The position numbers and the translations under genes were made by a program. Shown one piece after another: positions 1-10,785 of a DNA stretch of 64,000 nucleotides. Numbering within the stretch: position 1 is the stretch's first letter; the number at the start of each line of letters is the position of its first letter. Source of the DNA: the human T2T-CHM13v2.0 reference genome, Homo sapiens; the NCBI RefSeq assembly GCF_009914755.1, contig NC_060930.1; one strand, 5' to 3'. Below the pieces are notes generated by a model. The model was not told where the DNA came from. It did not search any database and saw nothing but the letters and a program-made list of their open reading frames with translations.

Positions 1-797
1 AACTGTGGCAAATTTTAGCATCTTCCTTTCCTTTTAGGGACTGGACACTCATCCTTAGGACTTGAGAATCATATGTGAAAATTATATAGACTTCCCACAG
101 TCTACTGACACATTACAGAGATACTGGAAATATTAACCACACATGTTGTCTACATACTCTCTTTCTCATCATCATAAGCCACCTGTGTTCTCACTGACAC
201 TGCAAATCCAGTAACCAAAACATCCTGTTAAAATTCTCTGGCCCTTCTTATCCATGTGCTGTCCTTTGCCACAGCTCCTAAATCCTCTTACCTTTGAAAA
301 TCTTTCCTGCTACCCTTTAGAACCTCCATTCAGCCTCTTTCTCAAGTTGCTTTGTACATAGTGTCTTCATAGCAGCCTTGTAGGAACCTCAGCTTCCTCA
401 CCCCAATCATTGTTTTCTTTTCTCCATTTGTATTGCTTTTCCTCCGGGGGTATCTGTTAATCCTCCATCAGTCTATTGACTTATGAATATAAAATCCATG
501 CTACCTTTACATTGGAACACATAAGGTACCTAGAATTCCTTTTGACACCTAGTGGTGGCTCGATAAACACGGATGCACATCACGTTAGAGAAAAGGAGTT
601 TTCTGAGTCCAGATTTCTTACATGAAAACAAATTTCAAATGAATAAATTTCTCACTGTTATTTTAGGATAGCTCTCTGCCAAAGACCTTTTATTATACAA
701 AAGTTGAGAATGATTGAAGTTATTTTGCTTAATTTTTTGCCACTAAATTTGATGTGCCAAAGAAACTTCTAAAAAACAAAAAAGAAATGCATAATAT

Positions 798-912
798 TCC
801 CAGCTACTCAAGAGGCTGAGGTGGGAGGATTGCTTAAGCCCAGGAGGTCCAGGTTGCAGTGAGCCGTGATTGCACTCCAGCCTGGGTGACAGAGTGAGAA
901 TTTGTCTAAAAA
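798..912 (+). mobile_element. Alu right-arm fragment (AluJ/FRAM-like)
   Basis: tcccagctactc..gaggctgaggtgggaggattgctt..gcactccagcctgggtgacagagtgaga. Confidence 0.9.
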
Positions 913-1133
913 GGAAGGAAGGAAGGAAAGAAGGAAGGAAGGAAAGAAGGAAGGAAGGAAGGAAAAGCAAGCAAGCAAGCAAGCAGGAAAGAAAGAAAGA
1001 AAGAGAAAGAAAGGAAAGAAAGAGAGAAAGAAAGGAAAGAAAAAAAGAAAGGGAGAAAGAAAAAGAGAGAAAGAAAGAAAGAAAGAGAGAAAGAAAGGAA
1101 AGGAAGAAAGAAAGAAGGAAAGGAAGGAAGGAA

Positions 1134-1187
<54 letters not shown>

Positions 1188-1189
1188 AA
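908..1189 (+). repeat. Polypurine (GGAA)n/(GCAA)n/(GAAA)n tract derived from an Alu tail
   Basis: About 280 nt almost entirely A/G. Confidence 0.97.
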
Positions 1190-1873
1190 CCATGAAGGTA
1201 GCTGCCGTATTTCTATGAAACCTTCCCTCCAGAATTAGTTCCTTTTAGCATCTCATTCAGACACATGGAAAGCTTGTTTAAAATGACTTCACAAATTAGA
1301 CTTAATGAAGTGACTTGACTCAACTCCCCTCACCCTCAAGTGGTCTTTCCCTGCATCAGAGTCCCTTTAGTTTCGGATGTCACTCATGACATAGAATGAA
1401 CATTTAAAAGATGAGGAGGCAGCCACTGGCTATCACATTTTTCTGAGATGTGTGAAATATGATTCTAATATTAATAATAATAATTAACAAACAATAATAT
1501 CCTAATATAATTATTAATCATGAATTATTAATACATAATCATATCATTATTTTCTCTTAGTCTAATTTATAGGTTCAGATGTGTGCATGCATGTGTGTCA
1601 GTGGCACTCAGAGAGGAGATTTAAATAGAGAGTGGGAAGGGAGATAAAAGATAACTGCTGCAGCACTGGAGCAAGAAGCCAAGGGGAGGTATCCGTTAAA
1701 AACTTTTTGGGATGTGAACCTTTTGTTTTTCTAGATTCTGGATGCCGGAACATCTGTTTTTTGAGATGCATCTGTAGGAGCATTTTTGTGTGGAATATTT
1801 GAAAGTTATCTTGAAAGTAAAGGTCAGAGACAGGAATTGAAACAGGGCTTAATTCTTAAACAAGAAGGTATAA

Positions 1874-2250
<377 letters not shown>

Positions 2251-2429
2251 AAACATTTTTATTTTTAATAGGTTAATGAATGTATAATGATTAAATGTTT
2301 AGCATGTATTAAACTATGATTTCATGTAGTTTTTTTAACCATACCAACCATGATTTCATATGGATTATTTAAGCATACCAACCATAATTTCATGTACATT
2401 ATTGCTTAAGATAGTAATGATATAAAATT

Positions 2430-2562
2430 TTCTTAAAATTATTCATGTAAAAGAAACAAGTCAGTTAAAAGGAAAATATTAAGTAAAAATGTACAGGTGG
2501 CACCCAAATATGGTAAAAATTGTGAAGCAGTTTAATGAATAACTGAACTTTGGGAAATGCTA
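2430..2562 (+). mobile_element. hAT DNA transposon relic (Charlie4/MER80-like end)
   Basis: gtacaggtggcacccaaatatggtaaaaattgtgaag...aactttgggaaatgct resembles the recalled Charlie4a terminus. Confidence 0.5.
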
Positions 2563-3222
2563 GATTAGAGAATTGGAAATACTCTTTTAAATAAACACTT
2601 GCTATCTATGATTATCCTATGGATGAGTGTCCAAGAAATAGAGATGCATATGTTGTATGTTTTTAAAATGTACAGGATGAATTTACATTGACCATCATAT
2701 TTCCTGTGCTAAATCAACCATTATTTTTTGGACTATAGGGAGAAGCTGTGTTTCTTCATAGCTCCTGGAGATGTGTGATGTGTCACAGGCCTAATAACTA
2801 TATTACACATTTTTTCACAAAAGTGCTACATAGAGTAGAAATGTATAATAGTTACCAACCCAAGACTAAATCAGGCCTAGTGGTGTGGATAGCTTCACTT
2901 TGCCTATGATAAAATACTTCCTCATTCTTTGTGTGATTTTCAAGCAACTTAACGACTGTTAGCTTTGCTGAGCTAAATGCAACATCTCATACCAAATTTA
3001 TTGGCTTGGCAAAGTTACAAATTTTATTACGCAAAAGTTGAGAAAGGAAAGCTGGAGAATGCTAAAAACAGTACAATTTGCTACTGTGTAGTATCTGTAT
3101 TGGGGGCTCAGCATGTTTTATTTATAGATATCTATTAATACAGAGATACAGAAAGAAATACATAAAAAATAGTTTTATCAAATACTTTCCAGCATTCAAG
3201 TGTAGCCTCAAAAGCAAGAATA

Positions 3223-3537
<315 letters not shown>

Positions 3538-4038
3538 GGCAAGAACAGCCACAGCAAACTTTCTATTGGGGAAAAAAAAAAATCCTCCTCTTTACATCTC
3601 TCCCTTCCTTCCCTTCCCTTTCTGAGAGTGACTGTGGCCAAAAGGAGCATTTTCCCCCTGCAGTCCTCTGAGGGGTGGGGTGGGGCTATGAAGCTATCCT
3701 TCATATTCACTCCTTTGTCCAGCTCTTTTCACCTCTAGTTCTTCTCCCCGCATCTCTGTCTAGCAGTGCCTTAAGTGGAGGAGGGGTGGGGGCATCAAGC
3801 TTGTAAAACTGGTTTGTTGGGGTTCTCCTTCTCCCCTCATTTCTTGATTCTTGGGAAAATGTCTTGCTGGGAGGCTGCCTGGCAGTGCCCTAGCTGCCTT
3901 CTGTGGGCTTGAATGGGGCTTCCCTCTGCCCCTACAGGAGGAAAAGGGAGCTGCTGCCAGAGGGAGAAATGGAGAGATGGACAGAGAAGGCAGGTGCCAC
4001 CCCTCGCCCCTGACACACAAAGAAAAAGACACGGAAAT

Positions 4039-4067
4039 TCTCTCTCTCTCTTCTCTTCTCCTATCTC

Positions 4068-4140
<73 letters not shown>

Positions 4141-4157
4141 CGCGCGCGCGCGCGCGC
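4039..4157. repeat. Compound microsatellite (CT)n-(CA)17-G-(GC)9
   Basis: CT tract 4039-4104, CA 4105-4138, GC 4140-4157. Confidence 0.97.
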
Positions 4158-4640
4158 AGGCACACGTCTTGCAAATTCAGGATTCAAAGAGACAGGGGCA
4201 CCATTATATTTGGCACGGTGGGGCCCTTCCAGGTCTGAAATCCTGCATTCTTCCTTACTATTTACTTTCCCCGAGCTCGAGAAGGGCCAGGTGTGGGCGG
4301 ATGGCTGGCCACGTTTTGTGTTTCCAATTCATATTCACGGGATGACACAGACGGGGCGTGGTGAGTGCTGTTGGAGGCGCTTGGGCAGTTTCATTTTGCC
4401 CCACTTCTCCACCTGAAGGCTGGGCGTTGCTGGAACCTGCAGGGGCAGCCTCAGCAAGGTGGGGTGGCGTGGAGTGGGGTGGGAGAAGGGACTCCAGCTG
4501 AAGTAGAACCCAGGCTGGACCTGAGAATATTGGGGAGGGCATGGGCGGTGGTTTCCGGGTAGGGGCCTTGAGGACATGTTGGTCCTGACTGTTGTCAGTG
4601 TTTGGTCAAAGTTGCCAAAAGGTTAAAAAAAAAAAAGTAG

Positions 4641-4650
4641 GGGGAGTCCC
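4641..4650 (+). promoter_or_regulatory. NF-kB consensus GGGGAGTCCC (about -2.1 kb)
   Basis: Fits GGGRNNYYCC. Function inferred, not shown. Confidence 0.5.
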
Positions 4651-6553
4651 TGCCAAGACATATTTCCCAGGCCACCTTTCTTCCGCGGGAGTGTTGGGGG
4701 GGAGGCGCTGCTTGGAACCTGTGAATGTGACATCAGCTCTCCTCTCCTCTCCCAAGGTCGGCTTTGGAGAGGGAGGTCAGGGCACCCTTGCCTGGCACAG
4801 GCGGCAGCGCTGGCTTCCGGCTCAGTGCCGCCTGTCCTCCGGGAGCTGTGGCCTCCCTGGGCCCCGGGGCTAGGCTGAGGTAAGCGCACAGCGGAGGCCA
4901 GGGGCCCCGGCAGAGGCCCTGGGGATAGGGTGGAGGCATCTCTGGGTGTGGGTGTGGGTGTGGGTGTGGGAGGGAGAGTTCTTGCCTCTCTCTCTCCCAT
5001 CTCCAACTCTTGCTTCAGTGGCTCTTTTAGAGGATGCATGTCATTATGGACCTGTCGCTGCCACTGTCCCTGTTCCCCCAGCTGTGACTTCGAGGGAGGT
5101 CTGGGGATCTGAGTCTGTCCAAACCCACGGCTTTGCTGTTGGGATAAAAACTGTCCTTTTGATTTTAGAAGGAGGAGGGAAAAAAGGTTTCCCAGCATGT
5201 GTGTTGTGCCAGTCTTGGAAATTCATCCGTGCTTGAATTCCACCCTCCATCCCCAGAAAAACTGGAGTAAAACAAAAAGAGGAGATGGACAAAGTGTGTA
5301 TTTGATGGCATCCCCTGGGAAGAGACTCTAAATTTATCCCATAGGTCTTACTGGGCCACTGTGAGCGCTTTGGTGGAGAACAAACAAAAATTCTGGGTGC
5401 TCAGTTGTCTAACCTGAAAAATGGGACTAGCGGAAAAAGCCAATGTGTTCCATGCACCTTTTGCTTTCTTTATTAAGGCATGATGTCACCTGTACAGTAA
5501 CTGCCCTGTGTGTACTTCAGGGGGGGATTTCAAGGTTAGATAGACAGGAAATTGTTTTGAAAATGTAAACACATTATTAAATGTGAAGTATTATCTGATT
5601 CCTTGTTCGAATGGCATTTCCTTCTCAGCACCACCTTCCTTGCATATTCACTTAACCTTGTACAAGAACACCTTTTTGCCCTAAATGAAGACACCCCCCC
5701 AAAAAAAAGAGTCCCAGAAAATATGTCCCTGCTTGTGCGGGGAATAAATAGAATATTCTGAGGTGCATTCCTCCTTCCTATGTTAGGCAACATTCCTTGA
5801 CCCTCCTCGGCCCCCAAGCCAGGTTGCGTTTTTTTCTGCCATTTAGAAGGGTTTTCCTTTTTGTCCTAGTAAAACATCAGCCCCTGTAGCTCTTCATCTC
5901 CCCCTGGTGTTCTTCTCCCGCCATGTCTTAAGATTGGTGGCACCGACCAATCTTAAGATTTAAGTTCTGTGTGAAAAACACCTTTGCTTTTCAATCAGTT
6001 TATCAGCCTCCTCCGCAGGGGAAGTGTGGACACACAAAAGAACTTATCGGGGCTTCTCATCAGTGATAGGGAAAAGACTGGGCATGTGCCTAAACGAGCT
6101 CTGATGTTATTTTTAAGCTCCCTTTCTTGCCAATCCCTCACGGATCTTTCTCCGATAGATGCAAAGAACTTCAGCAAAAAAGACCCGCAGGAAGGGGCTT
6201 GAAGAGAAAAGTACGTTGATCTGCCAAAATAGTCTGACCCCCAGTAGTGGGGCAGTGACGAGGGAGAGCATTCCCTTGTTTGACTGAGACTAGAATCGGA
6301 GAGACATAAAAGGAAAATGAAGCGAGCAACAATTAAAAAAAATTCCCCGCACACAACAATACAATCTATTTAAACTGTGGCTCATACTTTTCATACCAAT
6401 GGTATGACTTTTTTTCTGGAGTCCCCTCTTCTGATTCTTGAACTCCGGGGCTGGCAGCTTGCAAAGGGGAAGCGGACTCCAGCACTGCACGGGCAGGTTT
6501 AGCAAAGGTCTCTAATGGGTATTTTCTTTTTCTTAGCCCTGCCCCCGAATTGT

Positions 6554-6570
6554 CAGACGGCGGGCGTCTG
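6554..6570. promoter_or_regulatory. Smad-binding element pair (CAGACG-gcggg-CGTCTG), TGF-beta response
   Basis: Inverted CAGAC/GTCTG boxes at about -191 to -175, matching the described EDN1 Smad element. Confidence 0.85.
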
Positions 6571-6608
6571 CCTCTGAAGTTAGCAGTGATTTCCTTTCGG
6601 GCCTGGCC

Positions 6609-6652
6609 TTATCTCCGGCTGCACGTTGCCTGTTGGTGACTAATAACACAAT
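6609..6652 (+). promoter_or_regulatory. Proximal promoter module: GATA (TTATCT 6609-6614), HIF-1 HRE (TGCACGTT 6620-6627), AP-1 (GTGACTAA 6636-6643), CAAT (6649-6652)
   Basis: Motifs read directly. Their offsets (about -136, -125 to -118, -109, -96) match the classic EDN1 promoter elements. Confidence 0.92.
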
Positions 6653-6689
6653 AACATTGTCTGGGGCTGGAATAAAGTCGGAGCTGTTT

Positions 6690-6695
6690 ACCCCC
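6690..6695 (+). promoter_or_regulatory. VEZF1/DB1 site ACCCCC (about -55)
   Basis: Motif sits at the known position just upstream of the TATA box. Confidence 0.7.
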
Positions 6696-6713
6696 ACTCT
6701 AATAGGGGTTCAA

Positions 6714-6719
6714 TATAAA
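6714..6719 (+). promoter_or_regulatory. TATA box of EDN1
   Basis: TATAAA about 31 nt upstream of the tcAGACGC initiator-like site (~6745). Confidence 0.93.
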
Positions 6720-7012
6720 AAGCCGGCAGAGAGCTGTCCAAGTCAGACGCGCCTCTGCATCTGCGCCAGGCGAACGGGTCCTGCGCCTCCTGCAGTCCCA
6801 GCTCTCCACCGCCGCGTGCGCCTGCAGACGCTCCGCTCGCTGCCTTCTCTCCTGGCAGGCGCTGCCTTTTCTCCCCGTTAAAGGGCACTTGGGCTGAAGG
6901 ATCGCTTTGAGATCTGAGGAACCCGCAGCGCTTTGAGGGACCTGAAGCTGTTTTTCTTCGTTTTCCTTTGGGTTCAGTTTGAACGGGAGGTTTTTGATCC
7001 CTTTTTTTCAGA

Positions 7013-7076
7013 ATGGATTATTTGCTCATGATTTTCTCTCTGCTGTTTGTGGCTTGCCAAGGAGCTCCAGAAACAG
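7013..7076 (+). CDS. EDN1: EDN1 exon 1 coding part (signal peptide MDYLLMIFSLLFVACQGAPET)
   Basis: ATG in strong Kozak context (agaATGG). 64 nt followed by donor CAG|gtaggc. No upstream ATG in the 5'UTR 6745-7012. Confidence 0.98.
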
Positions 7077-8721
7077 GTAGGCACGCTCGTTGACTTGTAA
7101 GTCTCGGAATTACAAGTTAGTGTGTTCTTATCCACCTTCATGCTTTTCTTGCTTCTATTTTTCCCCGTTCTTTTTATGACTGCAGCTTAGAGAGCAAGTG
7201 TCTGAGAATTATTGCTGAAAGCTACTTTAAGTCTTCTAGTGTAAAATGTAAAATTCCTCTACTGAATACAATTAGGTGCAATTGACTATAACATGACATT
7301 AAAATAACTTATCGTTTTATTATTATTATTCCATTATGTGTTTCCTTGGCTTTTAAAAAATGAGAAGAGTATGGACATATACAATTTAGTCAAATGTATG
7401 TTTGTAATATATGTGTTTATACAGGTACACAGGCCATATAGGAACTTAAATCTTATTTAAACACTATTTTAATAGTGTGTTAACGTGTAAAATATTTAAG
7501 CATTCCAGCTTGAAGCCAAGGAATTGTATCCAGTCGTTCAAGCAATGTATGTTCAGTAAAATCACCTGCAGAGCAAAAGTCTGTTGACTAACTACCGCCT
7601 CCCCCGCCCCCCCACCACCCCCCGCAGGCGGTTTCTGGGTGAAGCAGATGTTTTCTTTAAAATTTGTCATCATTGACTTTAGGTTTCTTTTGGCAGGTTT
7701 TTGGCACCCAAAACAGTGTGAGCTCTCTTTTCAGCTTTATTCACCTGTGCTGGGAGGGGAGCTAGGATAATTCTTGGCTGCCGAAGGATTTAGGCAGTGC
7801 GTGTGCATCTGCCCGGGTCCCCCCCGTTTTTAGGGTCAGTGCACTTTTTTTGTCTTTTCGTGACCCTGACTAAAGAGAAAGGATGTCAAGGGAATGAAAA
7901 TCCTGGAATGTGTCTGATCATTTGAAATGTACAAAATTGGGCAGATAAGCTGCATGGCTAAATTGTTAGGAGGAAGAGGCAAGGCAGTAGTGGAGAAGGG
8001 GGAGGCAGTGGATCCCACACAAGCCTGATGCCCAGGGATTCGGAATTCAAAATCCCCCCAGCCTACCTTCAGTCCCCTGACCTGCTTCTCAGCCCCACCT
8101 TAGGTCACTGGTTTCTATGGAGTTACCCTACTGAATTGAATATTGAATAGTTAATTTCTCTCTCCAATCATTTTCCCCACCTAATTTTGAAAGATATACA
8201 TCATCTGGGGTACCCTGTGCCCTACACAGCATGTGAAGTGGATGGGTACCCCCTAAAGAGAGGGTCATCCTGAATGGGGAAGTGGCCCCAAAGCTAGGAA
8301 TAACTGTGATTTCTTGTCTTTAGTCATGTGCCAATGTTAAGTAAGCTTCAGTGGATAGTGCTGTCCTACCAAGTTCCTTGTAGAAGCCAGCCGGATTTTC
8401 AACAGGCAGCATTCCACAGCATTTCCCTGAGCCTGCTTCAAGAGGGGTGGGGGAAGTCCCTTTTCAGGTGTTTATCTCCTCTGCATTTGTGTAATCTCCC
8501 TGAAGGTGGATAAGCCAAGGGCATGAGGGGGAGGCAAAAGGTGAACTCATGTTAAGGAGGGAAAAAAATAAAGAGCCCTTTTTTCTGTGTTTCTTGCTGA
8601 TGGCAGGCTGTGTGCTTCATCTGCTTTTATCTGCTCTGCTAGCTCTGACTCTACTGTGATCCAGCATGTCTCTCGGCGTTTGAGGAGACATCCCCCACTG
8701 ACCTGCTCTTTCTCTCCCCAG

Positions 8722-8890
8722 CAGTCTTAGGCGCTGAGCTCAGCGCGGTGGGTGAGAACGGCGGGGAGAAACCCACTCCCAGTCCACCCTGGCGGCTCCG
8801 CCGGTCCAAGCGCTGCTCCTGCTCGTCCCTGATGGATAAAGAGTGTGTCTACTTCTGCCACCTGGACATCATTTGGGTCAACACTCCCGA
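8722..8890 (+). CDS. EDN1: EDN1 exon 2; encodes the furin site RSKR and mature ET-1 [21 protein letters not shown] (8814-8876)
   Basis: Acceptor ctctccccag|CAG, donor GA|gtaagt, 169 nt. Translation gives the exact 21-aa endothelin-1 followed by VNTPE (ECE cleavage site W-V). Confidence 0.99.
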
Positions 8891-10321
8891 GTAAGTCTCT
8901 AGAGGGCATTGTAACCCTATTCATTCATTAGCGCTGGCTCCACTGGAGCCCAGTTTTAGAGTTTCTTTTCTAGGGACTCTGAAGGTAGTCCTTCTAACAC
9001 CATCCAAGTGCCTCAGTGGGGACAGTTTCCCTCTATTCCTGAAAATAACGACAGCTTCGTTCTTAGCAACCAAGGGGAGGGTCTTCTGAGGCCCCGTAGC
9101 TCAGGCTACTCATGATGGGACAAGCAGGAGGCCACTGCACGTTTCAAATGAGGAACTTTCAGTGAGAGGGCCTCAGGGGGACACTCTCACAGTGGCATCT
9201 GATGGGGTTTCGGGAATAATTGCCGAGGTCAGATGTGGGTTAGTGCAACCTGTGCTTCTCATGGGAGGGTGGAGACTGAGAGGCAGAAGTGATGATATAG
9301 AGGGTTAGAATCACTTAATTTTACTTACAGAAAAACCTAGGCTCAAAGTGTTGAAGCCATTTGTGCAGGAGTGAGTTTGTAGCAGAGCTAGAACTGGAGC
9401 CCGGATTTCCTTTGCTGCTATATTTTCCCTTTAGAAATGCCCATTTCAGAACTGAAATAGAAATACTGTCCATAGGCTTCTCTTTCACCTACAGAGAAGA
9501 AAAGCAGATTTCCTCCTTCTGCCCTGGACACTAGTTCATCATCTGTCGGAAGCAGTCATAAACAAGCACACATTTACTATGCATACAATGTACCGTTATG
9601 ACAAAGGAGGACCAAAATCCAAACAATATCAAACCACACCAAAAACCACAAGGAGCCTAATAATTACTAAGGTGATACTTCCAAAGGGAGGACTTTATTT
9701 CTTAGATGAGAATGAAAATGGACACATTGGAAATTATTGGAGAGCCCTCTGGCTATGAGTCCTTCCACAACCATATGGTACCACCGACTGGCAGGAGAAA
9801 TGTGTGAACATGTGCCTCCTCCTCCCCCAACCACTGGGGTCGGTGGGGTGACGGTGGCACTTTTAGCAGTATCCTCCGTGGTTTGAGTTGAAAATAAGTT
9901 TTAAAAATCCTGTGAGTCATGGTTTTGCATTGAAACCTCTTCCCACTGTGTACCCACAAATAGTTAACTAAATAGACCATTAGAAAAGGAAGAAAATATA
10001 AAGCAGATGCCAAGCAGAGATGTCCTAATTTTTGACAAAAAAGCAATGTTGCTTGTGTCAAGAAGAAACTGAACTTTGTGAAGAGTTGAAATGGAATTCC
10101 ACTGAATTAGAAAAACTTGTTTTCTCCTGCCTGGATACATACAGTCAGGGCCATTGATGCACAGGTGTTCCTGGCTGTTGTTACACTTTACCCTCTGAAA
10201 TGATGCTCCCAAGTGCTATGTGATGAGCTCCTTGTGTGCCCAGTGGAATAGGTGTGTCCATGTGTCATTTTAAAGACTATTAATTACACTAATATAGTTT
10301 CTTTCTCTCTTTGGATAATAG

Positions 10322-10477
10322 GCACGTTGTTCCGTATGGACTTGGAAGCCCTAGGTCCAAGAGAGCCTTGGAGAATTTACTTCCCACAAAGGCAACAGAC
10401 CGTGAGAATAGATGCCAATGTGCTAGCCAAAAAGACAAGAAGTGCTGGAATTTTTGCCAAGCAGGAAAAGAACTCAG
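10322..10477 (+). CDS. EDN1: EDN1 exon 3; C-terminus of big ET-1 ([14 protein letters not shown]) and the endothelin-like peptide
   Basis: Acceptor ataatag|G, donor AG|gtgagc, 156 nt, in frame. Confidence 0.98.
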
Positions 10478-10641
10478 GTGAGCAGAAACACCTTTGCTTT
10501 TCAATCAGTTTAACAGCCTCCTGAACTCCTTCCTATCATGGTACTGCCTTCCTGTTTTAGAGAGACTAACAGAGACATTGAAAGTCAGGGTAAAGCTGAA
10601 TATAACATTGCTGAAATGTTTTTCCTTGTGTATTTTAACAG

Positions 10642-10785
10642 GGCTGAAGACATTATGGAGAAAGACTGGAATAATCATAAGAAAGGAAAAGACTGTTCCA
10701 AGCTTGGGAAAAAGTGTATTTATCAGCAGTTAGTGAGAGGAAGAAAAATCAGAAGAAGTTCAGAGGAACACCTAAGACAAACCAG
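10642..10785 (+). CDS. EDN1: EDN1 exon 4 ([48 protein letters not shown])
   Basis: Acceptor ttttaacag|G, donor AG|gtaaga, 144 nt. Matches the end of ORF 10538..10789. Confidence 0.98.

Noticed and set aside
743-1238. K/E/R-rich and F/L/S-rich ORFs (79-122 aa)
   Set aside because: These are translations of the GGAA/GAAA purine tract and an Alu arm.
3760-5292. Overlapping ORFs of 94-191 aa upstream of EDN1
   Set aside because: They are stop-poor because of microsatellite and GC-rich promoter sequence, many start at non-ATG codons, and none has a recognisable domain.
7461-7478. 8-bp hairpin ACACTATT-TT-AATAGTGT in intron 1
   Set aside because: Short and AT-rich; expected by chance in 64 kb.
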